A DNA stretch of 8,845 nt from Thecamonas trahens ATCC 50062. Lineage: Eukaryota; Protista; Apusomonadida. Made by a program: the position numbers and the translations under genes. The first letter of the stretch is position 1. Each line of letters opens with the position of its first letter. The notes under the pieces were generated by a model. It was not told the DNA's origin. It made no database searches and worked only from the letters and a program-made list of their open reading frames with translations. The stretch lies in NCBI RefSeq assembly GCF_000142905.1, contig NW_013657583.1, positions 1 through 8,845 of the forward strand, written 5' to 3'. Below are positions 7,581 through 8,845 of this stretch, one piece after another.

Positions 7581-8845
7581 GGGAGCGATCGGCCAGTCGT
7601 ATGCAAGTTGAGATGGCGATGGAAGGCAGGCATCAGCTTTGTTGAGTGCACAGTGGGGGTTCATGGCAGCCAGCTCGCCGACGAGGGATCTGCGGTCGTC
7701 CGACTTGGGGGAGGTGAGGCCCATGGGACCGGGGTCGTTTGTGGTTGGCTTTCTAGCGTCGGCCTTGGGGGCGTCGGATGGGTGGCTGAGAAGGCGATTG
7801 GAGGCCGAGGCGAAGGTGAGGTGGTAGATCGAGCTGGAGAGGATGTCCAGCATACGTGTGTGTGTGCGTGGGCCGTGTGCTCGTTTGCTGGGAGCTGGCA
7901 CGGCATGTGTGGCTCGGGTGTGGCGATGGGAGAGGGGATGGCTGGGGTCCGACTGAGGCATGGATGTGGTGAGAGCGTGCGCGATCTGGCGACGACGAGT
8001 CTGTTGAGGGGTGATGGCATGTGCTCGCTGTCGTCGAGCAACCCGATGTCCCATTCGTCTGGGCGGAGCAGGTCAGGGCTTTGTTGCTTCCGCTGTTAGC
8101 TTGATAGCGAGCTGGAACCGCAGCGCGTTTTTGACGAAGGACGACGACGTTGCATCGACCACCAGGGCGGTGGTGTCCAGGCTGCTGTGCGGCTGTGGTG
8201 GACGGGCGTGGTCGGCTTGTTGTTTGCCCAGCCCATGAACGGCGTGGCAGTCGTCATGCCAGCGGTAACGTCGGCGAGGAGGACGATGGGGCTGGTGTCA
8301 GCAGCACTCGGCTGCGAGCGAGGGTGGGGTCGGCATGCGCAACGCCTCGATGGCAGAGATCAGAGATCAGATTGCGGCCGCGGGGCCATGATGCGTGTGC
8401 GGGTGGCGGCGATGAGGACAACGAGCGAGGGACATGGGTGGGGTTGGCAAGGTACGTCGTTGTCAGGCAGAGGTAGCACGACACCCAGCAAAGAAGAGCT
8501 GGCCGGCTGACCTCGCTTGATCGAGGACGATCCGGAGGACTGGCTGAGGCGGTGGGCAACTGTGGGGGAGATCGGGATAAAGGAGGACAGAGTGTTAATG
8601 CGCGATGAGGGGTGATTGGATTGCAAGGGACGGCGCGGGTGGGCATGGTTTGTTGCGCAGCAGCAGGTGATGGGGTTGATGGGATGGATGGTCGGGCGTG
8701 GTGGTTGCAGGAGAGCGATGACGGTTGTGTGGCGGATGTGCGAGGCATAGTTGTGCTCGGCGCATGTGTCTGGGTCTCATCTTCAGCAGCTGGAGGGCGC
8801 AGGCAGCGCCATCTGGCAATGTGTGGATGGCAGGCAGGTTGGGGC

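Overview
GC-rich, low-coding-density window, most likely eukaryotic (inference). It is dominated by one apparently intronless minus-strand STAND/NLR-type gene (about 6606 to 998): low-complexity N-terminus, TIR domain with the catalytic-position Glu retained, NB-ARC, Apaf-1-like helical region, then an array of about 17 near-identical 171-bp (57-aa) WD40 units. Variation between units is concentrated at five codons (GHT-x-x-V-x and SWS-x-D-x), the pattern of the repeat-shuffling fungal HNWD receptors, here coupled to TIR-NB-ARC. A 2-bp insertion in a (TC)4 run at 1917-1924 frameshifts unit 13, and a 370-nt N gap lies inside the array. A degenerate protein-kinase-like relic converges on the 3' end. 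A short coding-like ORF and possible gene debris lie beyond the 5' end.
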